Virus record (IMG/VR): IMGVR_UViG_3300005614_000017
Location: 1-45,841 of that record
Origin: a virus
Reading direction: 5' to 3' (one strand)
Length of the DNA: 45,841 nucleotides
Shown here: positions 20,416 through 27,650 of the stretch, in pieces
Position numbering within the stretch: the stretch's first letter is position 1
Layout: every line of letters starts with the position of its first letter
The notes under the pieces: model-generated
The model's database searches: none
What the model saw: only the letters and a program-made list of their open reading frames with translations
What the model was told of the DNA's origin: nothing
Program-made: the position numbers and the translations under genes

Positions 20416-21017
20416 TGTTCGGATTGTCCTGGCTCACTGACAAGCTCGCGGCTGGCATTGCCGGCTTTTTGCTCGTCTCGACGATCGCCCTCGGGATCGG
20501 GCTTGTCGCTACTCGAACGACGCTGCATTCCAGAACGCTTGAGCTTGCGGCCGAAAAGAGCGGACACGATGCCGATCGAAAGGCATGGGCGGCAGCAACG
20601 GCGACGGCACAGCTCCAAGACCAACAACACGCCGATACGGTGAAAACTGCCCAGGACAAGATTACGACGGAGAAAGCCGATGATCTATCGAAACAGCTTG
20701 CGGACGCTCGGGCTATTGCTGCCCGTTACGTCGCTTCTCATCGCGTGCAGCCATCCGCAGCCGCAGACAATCACGGCACTGGCAGGACATCGGATCTGCC
20801 CCCCGTTGCCGACACCTCCGTCAGCACTGACGGCGCCCCTACCCAGGCCGTCATTTCTGCAAACGACGTCGACGCCTGCACCCAAGCATATGTGACGGCG
20901 CAAGGCTGGCAAGATTGGTGGATTAAGGAAGCCAGCGTCGATCGCGGCTCGGGTAGCGGGGATCTCGCAACTTCCGATCCCGGAGATACCAGCCTCCCAA
21001 CAGCCCCACAAAAATAG
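20415..21017 (+). CDS. i-spanin (Rz-like)
   Basis: ATG shares one nucleotide with the endolysin TGA stop (GTGATG). It has an N-terminal TM segment (LAAGIAGFLLVSTIALGIGLVA), a helical periplasmic region, and contains the embedded lipoprotein ORF. Confidence 0.75.
   Translation: MFGLSWLTDKLAAGIAGFLLVSTIALGIGLVATRTTLHSRTLELAAEKSGHDADRKAWAAATATAQLQDQQHADTVKTAQDKITTEKADDLSKQLADARAIAARYVASHRVQPSAAADNHGTGRTSDLPPVADTSVSTDGAPTQAVISANDVDACTQAYVTAQGWQDWWIKEASVDRGSGSGDLATSDPGDTSLPTAPQK
20680..20895 (+). CDS. o-spanin (Rz1-like lipoprotein), fully embedded in the i-spanin gene in the +1 frame
   Basis: GGAGAAAG RBS. Signal peptide plus lipobox (LLLPVTSLLIAC|S). The mature part is proline-rich (PQPQ..CPPLPTPP..PLPRP). 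Confidence 0.75.
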   Translation: MIYRNSLRTLGLLLPVTSLLIACSHPQPQTITALAGHRICPPLPTPPSALTAPLPRPSFLQTTSTPAPKHM

Positions 21018-21118
21018 AGGATACCGTCCAAACGACGACGTGAATTATCCACCACATAGCATTCCCTCCAACAGTATTTTTTGGTACCAGAAAATTACCA
21101 ACGAAGAAAGGACGTAAT

Positions 21119-21583
21119 ATGTCGACCAATACGCAGAATGTCCCGATTGCGAGCGGCGCGACCGTCAAGGTTTCGGGCAATTCGATCGATGGCTTCAACG
21201 CGACCGCGACCGGCACTCTGTCGATCGTTCGGCCGGATGGCGTCACGCAGACAGTCAATATCACGCAGACCGGCTACAATTCGATTTCCGTGCCGATCAG
21301 CGCCAATATGACCGAACCGGGCGTCGGTACCGTCACTTCGTCGAGCGGCGCGGCCGGTACTCTGATCGTCGGCGGCGCGCCGGGCTTGGCGCTTTCCGCT
21401 GCTCCGACGACGTGCACTGTTGCTCAGCTTCCGGCGCCTGCGACGACTGACAAGGGCGTGCGTGCCGTCGTTTCCGATGCGAATGCCGCCTATACGACGG
21501 CGAACGTCGGTTCGACCGTTGCCGGCGGCGGCGCCAATACGGTGCCTGTCTGGAATAACGGCACCAACTGGATTATCGGCTAA
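21119..21583 (+). CDS. Hypothetical protein encoded after the lysis cassette (possible accessory fibre/receptor-binding protein)
   Basis: 154 aa with GAAAGGA RBS after a 101-nt gap. It is T/S/G/A-rich; the C-terminus is RAVVSDANAAYTTANVGSTVAGGGANTVPVWNNGTNWIIG. Confidence 0.55.
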   Translation: MSTNTQNVPIASGATVKVSGNSIDGFNATATGTLSIVRPDGVTQTVNITQTGYNSISVPISANMTEPGVGTVTSSSGAAGTLIVGGAPGLALSAAPTTCTVAQLPAPATTDKGVRAVVSDANAAYTTANVGSTVAGGGANTVPVWNNGTNWIIG

Positions 21584-21592
21584 TTGTTTCAA

Positions 21593-21645
21593 TGCCTTTT
21601 TGCATAGTCATATCCTCTTTTGAAATCTGACCATGCAAAAAGGCA
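21593..21645. terminator. Perfect 13-bp inverted repeat between the convergent blocks (candidate bidirectional terminator or protein-binding site)
   Basis: TGCCTTTTTGCAT (21593-21605) and ATGCAAAAAGGCA (21633-21645), separated by a 27-nt loop, in an AT-rich gap. Confidence 0.45.
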
Positions 21646-21720
21646 ACGAGACAAATTAAATCCGATTGCAAAGCATGCAAGTCCAACAGCTATAATATGC
21701 ATGTGAATGTTCCTTATCGG

Positions 21721-22182
21721 CTAACCGAATTTCTTGAGGTAAAGGGCAATGAGAAGAGCTTCGGCTTTTCCATTGTCCTTTACTCTTGCAAGATCGGAAG
21801 TCATTTTCGGAAATAGGCGTCGAGCTTCGGCCGACGTCTCTTTTTTATCTGACGAAACGCCCATCTTGCGTTTCCACAGAGCTGGCGAAGGCCAGTGAAT
21901 TACGGCGTTCGGGCAGGCAAGTAGGCAGATGCCGTGCACAAAGCCCAAAGTCTCGCCGAATTTGAAGGTAGACGAAACCCCCTGCTTTGGCATTGCCGAC
22001 ACGCTTTCGATCGCGATATCTTCCGGCTGCGCTTCCGATAGCGCAAACCACCAGGATCGAGCCCACTTCTGCCAGTCAGGTGCTTTGCCGGCAAACGGTA
22101 CGTCCAGGCACATAGTGCTGCCATCGGCATAGATGATACCTAAGCCGCCTGTCTGTCCGGGATCTATGCCGGCGACGGTCAT
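21721..22182 (-). CDS. RuvC-like Holliday junction resolvase
   Basis: N-terminus MTVAGIDPGQTGGLGII and IAIESVSAMPKQG are typical RuvC-fold acidic motifs. 153 aa, last gene of the leftward operon. Confidence 0.8.
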   Translation of the reverse strand: MTVAGIDPGQTGGLGIIYADGSTMCLDVPFAGKAPDWQKWARSWWFALSEAQPEDIAIESVSAMPKQGVSSTFKFGETLGFVHGICLLACPNAVIHWPSPALWKRKMGVSSDKKETSAEARRLFPKMTSDLARVKDNGKAEALLIALYLKKFG

Positions 22183-22370
22183 CGCTCGTTCAATTCCATT
22201 TTGGCGATATCTTCCCGCCCGTTCGGCACGAACATAATCTTAAATCCCGGCCGCGTCACGGACAGAACCATTTTACTTATGTCGCCAAGCCGATCTTGTT
22301 CGACGATCAAAGTCGCCAGCGTGCCAAGCGTCATGCGGGCGTCTCTAGAAAGGGCAGTCGGTCCCGGCAT
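22179..22370 (-). CDS. Small hypothetical protein
   Basis: 63-aa ORF with AAAGGA 8 nt upstream of ATG 22370. ATGA overlap with the downstream ruvC-like gene. Confidence 0.45.
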   Translation of the reverse strand: MPGPTALSRDARMTLGTLATLIVEQDRLGDISKMVLSVTRPGFKIMFVPNGREDIAKMELNER

Positions 22371-22923
22371 CGGAAGATCCTTTAAGGAAGGGCGCCAGCC
22401 AAGCCGGCGGAACGAAGAATGGAACGTCCAGTTCTATATCCGGACGTGGCGGCATCTCCATGAAGCCTTTCTGCACGAATAGCCAATATCGCTTGGTTTC
22501 GAGACTTTGAAAAGCCCTGCCAGGGCGTACATGCTGCAGCGTGCGGTTGATCTGTGCCGTTTCGGGCTTGACGTGCTGGACGCAGAGCGTCGTAGGACCG
22601 CAGGGACAATTGTGATCGACCTGTAGGCCGTCAATTTCGAAGCCGTGGATATGTTGTGCCGACCAGCGATGAGCAAGACACATTTCGCCTGTCTCGCTGT
22701 CATAGAAGCGCCCGTAAGGCTCACTATGTCCATGTCCTGTCGTTCGACCGCCGATCCACATAACGCATCCAGTAATCGGATCGAAAGCGCATTTCTCGGC
22801 GAAACGCTGCAGAGGTGTCTTTCCGTTGCGCTGATGATGCGGGATCTTGCGATAGTCTATTTTCGGTAACGCATCATGCTCTCGACTTCGGCTTTCACTC
22901 GCAACTTCCGCTCGCGTGCCCAC
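22345..22923 (-). CDS. HNH endonuclease (free-standing, homing-type)
   Basis: CVMWIGGRTTGHGH..YGRF...CLAHRWSAQHIHGFEIDGLQVDHNCPCGPTTLCVQHVKPETAQINR matches the HNH_3-type pattern. The only in-frame start overlaps the polymerase 3' end by 67 nt. Confidence 0.75.
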   Translation of the reverse strand: MGTRAEVASESRSREHDALPKIDYRKIPHHQRNGKTPLQRFAEKCAFDPITGCVMWIGGRTTGHGHSEPYGRFYDSETGEMCLAHRWSAQHIHGFEIDGLQVDHNCPCGPTTLCVQHVKPETAQINRTLQHVRPGRAFQSLETKRYWLFVQKGFMEMPPRPDIELDVPFFVPPAWLAPFLKGSSDAGTDCPF

Positions 22924-24908
22924 GGATCGATATCCTCCATAATTTGCTTGACCATTGGCACTAGCTCAGGCCGGTCAATTTCCTCAAAGACAAGCTCGTC
23001 GTGCACCTTGAAAATTGGTAACAGGCCTTCCTTGCGCGCTCGCTTCGCCGCCTCGATCATGAGGCAACGTGCGGAGCCCTGAATGCAGTCAGCCGTGATC
23101 ATGCCGTGCCATGCGAGATGCCGACGGAATTTCTTGCCCTGATAGGACATGAAGCTCCATCCAGGGACTTCGCATTGCCGGATCGGGTGCCAGTTCTGTT
23201 CGCGGCGCGGGCGATGATACCATATCTTGCGGCCGCTCGGGAGACGCATCGAAAGGAAGTCGCCTTCCAGCCGGAATTCGATCCCTTCATAACTGTGCGT
23301 GCGCTTCTGATCGTCCCAAACCGCGTCAACGCTGGCCTGATAGAGCCCGTACCAGAATTTCGGCACCAAAGGCGCGAATTCCGTCCTGTAGGATTTCACG
23401 GCGGTTTCAGCGAATTCGATCGGATGCTTGGGTGCGAAGCGTGCGCGGAAGCCGATCGAGCCGAGCCCGTAGCCGTTGCCAAGCGTCGAGCATTTGCCAA
23501 TCGTGCGCTCGAACACAAGCTTTTTGTTCACGGGCTTTTTGAAAATCAGTGAGGCGTTTTCGGAATAGACGTCAACGCCCATGTGCATTTGTTCGGCGCG
23601 GTCGTGCTGGCCGGCGAAGCTCCACAGGTTTTTCGCTTCCACACCCTGAAAGTCGCCGCTGACAATGATCTTGCCTTTTTCGGGAACGATGCACGATCGC
23701 AGCGAAGAGATGATCGCGGAGAAAATCTCATAGTGCCAATTCTCGCCGCCAGGATCGAGGCACCACAACCAACGGACTTCTTCGATGTCGCGCGTCATGA
23801 TCGCTTCGGCGAGGGTTTCGGCCGTCAGGTTGACGTTTCGGCCCTTCGCAGCGATGGCCTCTTGACGATCACTTATTTCGCCTCGGGGATAGTTTTGCAC
23901 CTGAATAAGACGGCCGGCGTCTCTGCCTGTCCGCGCGCCGTGATATTGTGTAGAATAACGCACTCGACCGTCGAAGTCGGATGCGCAATCAAGCATTCTT
24001 TGAAGCTTTGCAACAGAGCTGGATGCAAGCGCGCGTCGAAGGGACAGGGCTTCATAGACATGCTCCGGCAAAGGTTCGTCGAGAATATCAACGTCGAATT
24101 CGTCGTCCGGATCGAGGATCGCGTTGAGCGTCGCCTTTGTCATGTCAGACAGGCGGACGCCTTGCTCATTCACCCAATTCAGGACTTTTTCGCGCTGCGT
24201 CGGATTGAAGCCTGTCAGCTCCCGGAACCGCTGCGTCATCGGAATTCGGACTTGATCGAGAATGTGCATGCAGGCGTGCACGAATTCTACATCGATCCTA
24301 AGCCCACGCTGCTGCGTATACTGATCTAAAATCCACGTCTCGCGCTCAGACGGCCCAAGACCTAGCGTTGCGTGATAAAGCCCAAGCTGTGCTTCCACGT
24401 CGACGGCGCCATATTTATAGAGGCGATCGAGATTGAATTCGTTGTGATGCGACCAACCGCTCAGGCGATCGGGCTTGCACATTTTGAGCATGTGAGCGTG
24501 GCCTTCCATATCCTTTTGGACAGGAAGATCCAGGGCCGTGATAGCAGCGTCGAGGCCAAGCGGCAGGCCTTTCATGGCGCAAACGGCCATGGTATCGTGC
24601 CAGCGCTCGGGCGGCAGGGCAGGATAGCCGATCGGCTCCATATGAAAGTGCCACATAGCCTGCTCAAAGCCGGCATTGTGGCACAGGAAAATTACATCCG
24701 AATCGTTGCAAAGCGCCAGAAGCTCAGGGTCGAGCGCATGGATTTGCTTTTCGGAAAGTACGCGCGTCGGCTGGATTTTGCCGTTGTCGACAAGCTTGAG
24801 CTGCAGCGAAAGCATGAACGTCGAAAGATCGGAAGCGTATTTCCACGCTCCGACTTTGCGAAGATCGGCACGGCTCGCCGTCTCGAAATCAGCTTCGCAA
24901 TAGCGCAT
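22857..24908 (-). CDS. DNA polymerase, family A, with 3'-5' exonuclease domain
   Basis: Exonuclease motifs: YCEADFETAS, CHNAGFEQAMW, YGAVDVEAQ. Polymerase motifs: SGDFQGVEAKN, RTIGKCSTLGNGYGLG, KVHDELVFE. Start chosen at ATG 24908 (TAATG overlap with the upstream stop); the alternative is ATG 24944. Confidence 0.9.
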   Translation of the reverse strand: MRYCEADFETASRADLRKVGAWKYASDLSTFMLSLQLKLVDNGKIQPTRVLSEKQIHALDPELLALCNDSDVIFLCHNAGFEQAMWHFHMEPIGYPALPPERWHDTMAVCAMKGLPLGLDAAITALDLPVQKDMEGHAHMLKMCKPDRLSGWSHHNEFNLDRLYKYGAVDVEAQLGLYHATLGLGPSERETWILDQYTQQRGLRIDVEFVHACMHILDQVRIPMTQRFRELTGFNPTQREKVLNWVNEQGVRLSDMTKATLNAILDPDDEFDVDILDEPLPEHVYEALSLRRALASSSVAKLQRMLDCASDFDGRVRYSTQYHGARTGRDAGRLIQVQNYPRGEISDRQEAIAAKGRNVNLTAETLAEAIMTRDIEEVRWLWCLDPGGENWHYEIFSAIISSLRSCIVPEKGKIIVSGDFQGVEAKNLWSFAGQHDRAEQMHMGVDVYSENASLIFKKPVNKKLVFERTIGKCSTLGNGYGLGSIGFRARFAPKHPIEFAETAVKSYRTEFAPLVPKFWYGLYQASVDAVWDDQKRTHSYEGIEFRLEGDFLSMRLPSGRKIWYHRPRREQNWHPIRQCEVPGWSFMSYQGKKFRRHLAWHGMITADCIQGSARCLMIEAAKRARKEGLLPIFKVHDELVFEEIDRPELVPMVKQIMEDIDPWARERKLRVKAEVESMMRYRK

Positions 24909-25117
24909 TAGTCCAAACTCGTCCGCTTGACTGTAATCGTCCAATGCCCGACGAGATTTTCCGCGCTATCGCCGAGATAGAAGGAAAGCGAGCCGTCCGC
25001 GACGATTAAAAATCCCGGCAACTCCGTTAGTTGCAGGCTGGCATAATCCGCCATGATATCTGCGATCGAGCCGCCCAACTCTTGAAGCTGCCCGGGCTTG
25101 AGATTGTGCTTGCTCAT
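24908..25117 (-). CDS. Hypothetical protein
   Basis: 69 aa, with GGAGGA RBS embedded in the upstream gene end and TAATG coupling at both ends. Confidence 0.55.
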   Translation of the reverse strand: MSKHNLKPGQLQELGGSIADIMADYASLQLTELPGFLIVADGSLSFYLGDSAENLVGHWTITVKRTSLD

Positions 25118-25380
25118 TAGAATTCCTCCGTCCGAATTTCGCTCTTGATTTGTTCGAGCTTGCGGCGTGCGCGTCGGCCTTTCTCGCCGGGCATCTTAGT
25201 CCTCGCAAGCAGGTTGCGAAAATTCAAGGCTTCCCGCTCCTGATCGACGCGACCCCGATGCTTTATGGCACAGGTAGCGTGCTGTACACGCCAGCTATTA
25301 CCGAAGCGCTCGAAATGCCCGTCACCGGCCGGAACGAAGCTATTGCATCGGTAGCAGACACCGGGATAGCGATTTCTCAT
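25117..25380 (-). CDS. Hypothetical Cys/His-containing basic protein
   Basis: 87 aa with ATGA-type overlap upstream; contains CYRC...H..C. Confidence 0.55.
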   Translation of the reverse strand: MRNRYPGVCYRCNSFVPAGDGHFERFGNSWRVQHATCAIKHRGRVDQEREALNFRNLLARTKMPGEKGRRARRKLEQIKSEIRTEEF

Positions 25381-25679
25381 AGATCGTATTCCGGTGCGGG
25401 GTGTTTGGGCAGAGAACGCGGCTTAGGCGCTTTCGGCGATATGCCGACATCGCGCAACCATTCCTCGTTGCGAGCTGCGTGCGTGGCATCCCAGGCCGGC
25501 AGCGGACCAATCCAGCCGACGACCTTCAATCCCGTCGTCTGCCCGGAAAGATGATAGGTCCATTTGCCGCCCTTGAAAACCAGGACCATAGGGAAATAAT
25601 TTCCCGGCTGCGCCAGATAGGCCATAAAGCCCACGTAGAGGCCATCGAATTCCGGATCGCCGTCGCGCTCGATATTCAC
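25377..25679 (-). CDS. DUF551-like small protein, paralog of the 25676-26053 gene, ending ...PEYDL
   Basis: GTG start inside a GTGA overlap. It shares PMVLVFKGGKW...VGWIGPLP with the upstream paralog's PIVLLWWKGGW...YAGPLP. Confidence 0.6.
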   Translation of the reverse strand: MNIERDGDPEFDGLYVGFMAYLAQPGNYFPMVLVFKGGKWTYHLSGQTTGLKVVGWIGPLPAWDATHAARNEEWLRDVGISPKAPKPRSLPKHPAPEYDL

Positions 25680-26053
25680 AGGTCATACTCCTGCGTTTCG
25701 CCAAATCCCGGCTTCATGATTGTCTCAAGAGCCTTGGCAAGCGGCGTCTGTTCGGTTGCTGGTGCTTCCTGACTGACCCCGCGAGAAATCCAATCACCGT
25801 CGCCATCGCGCGAATAATTGTGTGACGGCAGCAGGCCGAAAAGGTCTGTGAGCTTGCCAGTAGGAAGCGGGCCGGCATAAGCGTGCGGCGGACGCGGAAA
25901 GCGCACGTTGCTTTCGTCGAAATGCCAGCCGCCTTTCCACCACAGCAGAACGATCGGCTTGGCGATTTCCGCCTTCACGTCATGCGATACGAAGCACAGA
26001 TACCGGCCTTCGGTCTTAGGGTTGTGCCGTGCCGGGATGATTTCGACGATCAT
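25676..26053 (-). CDS. DUF551-like small protein ending ...QEYDL
   Basis: 125 aa with ATGA overlap to the upstream gene. See the paralogy note for 25377-25679. Confidence 0.6.
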   Translation of the reverse strand: MIVEIIPARHNPKTEGRYLCFVSHDVKAEIAKPIVLLWWKGGWHFDESNVRFPRPPHAYAGPLPTGKLTDLFGLLPSHNYSRDGDGDWISRGVSQEAPATEQTPLAKALETIMKPGFGETQEYDL

Positions 26054-26238
26054 ATCAATTTCTCCATCATGCGATAGAGTGCGGCGCGTGAAGCAGCATA
26101 TTCCCGATCGATACGCTCATGCTCCAAAATGGCTGCTTCGCTGTCGTAGGGGACTGTACCTTCGAAAGCTTTGTCATCCACAGCTTGTTCGAAACGATTG
26201 AGCGCTCGGGTAAATGCTGCTTTCTGATGTCGCTGCAT
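26050..26238 (-). CDS. Small hypothetical protein (62 aa)
   Basis: ATG 26238 with GGGAGGG RBS; the longer track ORF (to 26589) overlaps the SSB gene and its terminator. Confidence 0.55.
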   Translation of the reverse strand: MQRHQKAAFTRALNRFEQAVDDKAFEGTVPYDSEAAILEHERIDREYAASRAALYRMMEKLI

Positions 26239-26250
26239 ATTTCCCTCCCA

Positions 26251-26303
26251 AGGAAATAACGGCGGCGAGGCTTCCGACAATCCCTGAGGATTTCCTCGCC
26301 GCC
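26251..26303 (-). terminator. Rho-independent terminator/attenuator after the SSB-like gene
   Basis: On the minus strand GGCGGCGAGG...CCTCGCCGCC forms a 10-bp stem (plus-strand 26261-26270 / 26294-26303) with an inner AATCC/GGATT stem, followed by GTTATTTCCTT. Confidence 0.65.
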
Positions 26304-26317
26304 GATCCCTTGCGGGA

Positions 26318-27043
26318 TTAGAATGCCGCCTGCACGTCCTCGGCAGTCGGAGCGCCGCCAGTCGGATCGAAATCCGAATATCCTGCCGCGAAGCTGCCGA
26401 ACACGTCGTTATTCGACGGGCCGGAGCCGCCAAGCTTGGCGTCCTTTTTGATGAAAAGGCAATTCTGGAGATACGCCGTGCAGCCGTCCTTGTCGTCGAG
26501 CTTCTTGCGACGGAAGCCCTTGATCGCGACGGACGGAACGACCCAGGCACCGGGGAAAAACAGCTCCTTGCCGGCGACAGCCCGGGCATGCTCTTCGTCG
26601 GGGATGTCGATCACCTTGCCCGCTTCCAAGCGTGCCAGCTCGATCGGGAATTTGGAATTCGCGATCAGGATGCCAGCGTAATCCTTGTAAAGATCCGCGC
26701 GCTGTGTGGCCTTCTCTCGGATCTTGAAGCGCTGGTCCTCGGACAGGGCCGGGTTCTGGCACTTGAATTCCGCCGTGGCGATTGCACGCTCACCGGCAGT
26801 CTTGCCCGACATGCAAGCGAGATAATAATCGGCCGGCGAAGTGAAACCGCCCGTCTCCGACTTGATCGCATTGACCATGACCGGAATGAGGGCGTCGAAG
26901 TCGACCTTGTCCAGGCCGAACGTGCCGCCAAAACGGGGCTCTGCTTGCGAACCGTCGTCGAGGCGCGGCGACGACTTGACTGCGATCGACGAATAAAGCG
27001 TGCGTGCCGGCTTCTGGCACACATAACGGAAAGTCTCGGCCAT
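26318..27043 (-). CDS. Putative ssDNA-binding protein, T7 gp2.5 / DUF2815-like
   Basis: ATG 27043 with GAAGGGAAA RBS, 241 aa. It sits next to the DUF2800-type nuclease as in known DUF2800-DUF2815-PolA modules. The tail is acidic and ends in an aromatic residue (...DFDPTGGAPTAEDVQAAF). Confidence 0.55.
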   Translation of the reverse strand: MAETFRYVCQKPARTLYSSIAVKSSPRLDDGSQAEPRFGGTFGLDKVDFDALIPVMVNAIKSETGGFTSPADYYLACMSGKTAGERAIATAEFKCQNPALSEDQRFKIREKATQRADLYKDYAGILIANSKFPIELARLEAGKVIDIPDEEHARAVAGKELFFPGAWVVPSVAIKGFRRKKLDDKDGCTAYLQNCLFIKKDAKLGGSGPSNNDVFGSFAAGYSDFDPTGGAPTAEDVQAAF

Positions 27044-27061
27044 GTTTATTTCCCTTCTTTC

Positions 27062-27114
27062 ACATAAAAGTTGACGTAAGAATTTCGATCTATCACGCGC
27101 CGCGCAAATGTCAA
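27062..27114 (-). promoter_or_regulatory. Candidate promoter (TTGACA-N16-TAGATC) plus conserved TTACGTCAACTTTTATGT box, copy A
   Basis: -35 at 27109-27114 (contains the TGA stop of the upstream gene), -10 at 27087-27092, and the 18-nt box at 27062-27079, 7 nt after the -10. Confidence 0.45.
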
Positions 27115-27311
27115 AGATCAAATCGTGGCGTTTTCTGCAGGCACTGCGCAAATACAGGACAGGTTATGCAATCGCGTTCAGCCTGAATATGAGGAAACCG
27201 CAAAGGGAAATCCCCAAAACACGAAGGCTTCGTCGGCGGTATCAATGAAAAAAGATACACAACCGAACCGACCGCAATGCCGATCAATGTGCCGTACAAA
27301 ATATTGTTCAT
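27111..27311 (-). CDS. Small membrane-anchored Cys-containing protein ending ...PRFDL
   Basis: 66 aa with an N-terminal TM segment (LYGTLIGIAVGSVVYLFSLI). The start lies in a GGTGAGATG junction. Confidence 0.55.
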   Translation of the reverse strand: MNNILYGTLIGIAVGSVVYLFSLIPPTKPSCFGDFPLRFPHIQAERDCITCPVFAQCLQKTPRFDL

Positions 27312-27312
27312 C

Positions 27313-27498
27313 TCACCGTTCCTTCGGCACTATCGCTTGTGGCAGATGATTTTCCGGCATTTCCGGATAACAATCGCAGTCTTGCCAATCGTTATGCCCG
27401 AAACTTCCGTCCCGGTAATATCCACGACCGATTGCCCGGAGATAAAATCCCTCACCCTTGCAGCGAGGGCACTTCGGATGATTTTTCGGATTAGGCAT
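27313..27498 (-). CDS. Small zinc-ribbon-like protein (61 aa)
   Basis: ATG 27498 lies in a GGTGAGATG junction. Contains CPRC...CDC. Confidence 0.55.
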   Translation of the reverse strand: MPNPKNHPKCPRCKGEGFYLRAIGRGYYRDGSFGHNDWQDCDCYPEMPENHLPQAIVPKER

Positions 27499-27499
27499 C

Positions 27500-27649
27500 T
27501 CACCAACCCTCTCTATCGAGCCTTGCACATTCTTCCTGCCACCATTCATGCTTGCAATGATCGCTACAGAATTGAAGCTGTTTGTCGTGATCTTCGACGC
27601 GGTTTTCTTCCGTCACCGGATTTCCGCACATATCGCATTCCGCGTCCAT
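27500..27649 (-). CDS. Small Cys/His-rich protein (49 aa)
   Basis: ATG 27649 lies in a GGTGAGATG junction. Sequence MDAECDMCGNPV...FCSDHCKHEWW. Confidence 0.5.
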   Translation of the reverse strand: MDAECDMCGNPVTEENRVEDHDKQLQFCSDHCKHEWWQEECARLDREGW

Positions 27650-27650
27650 C

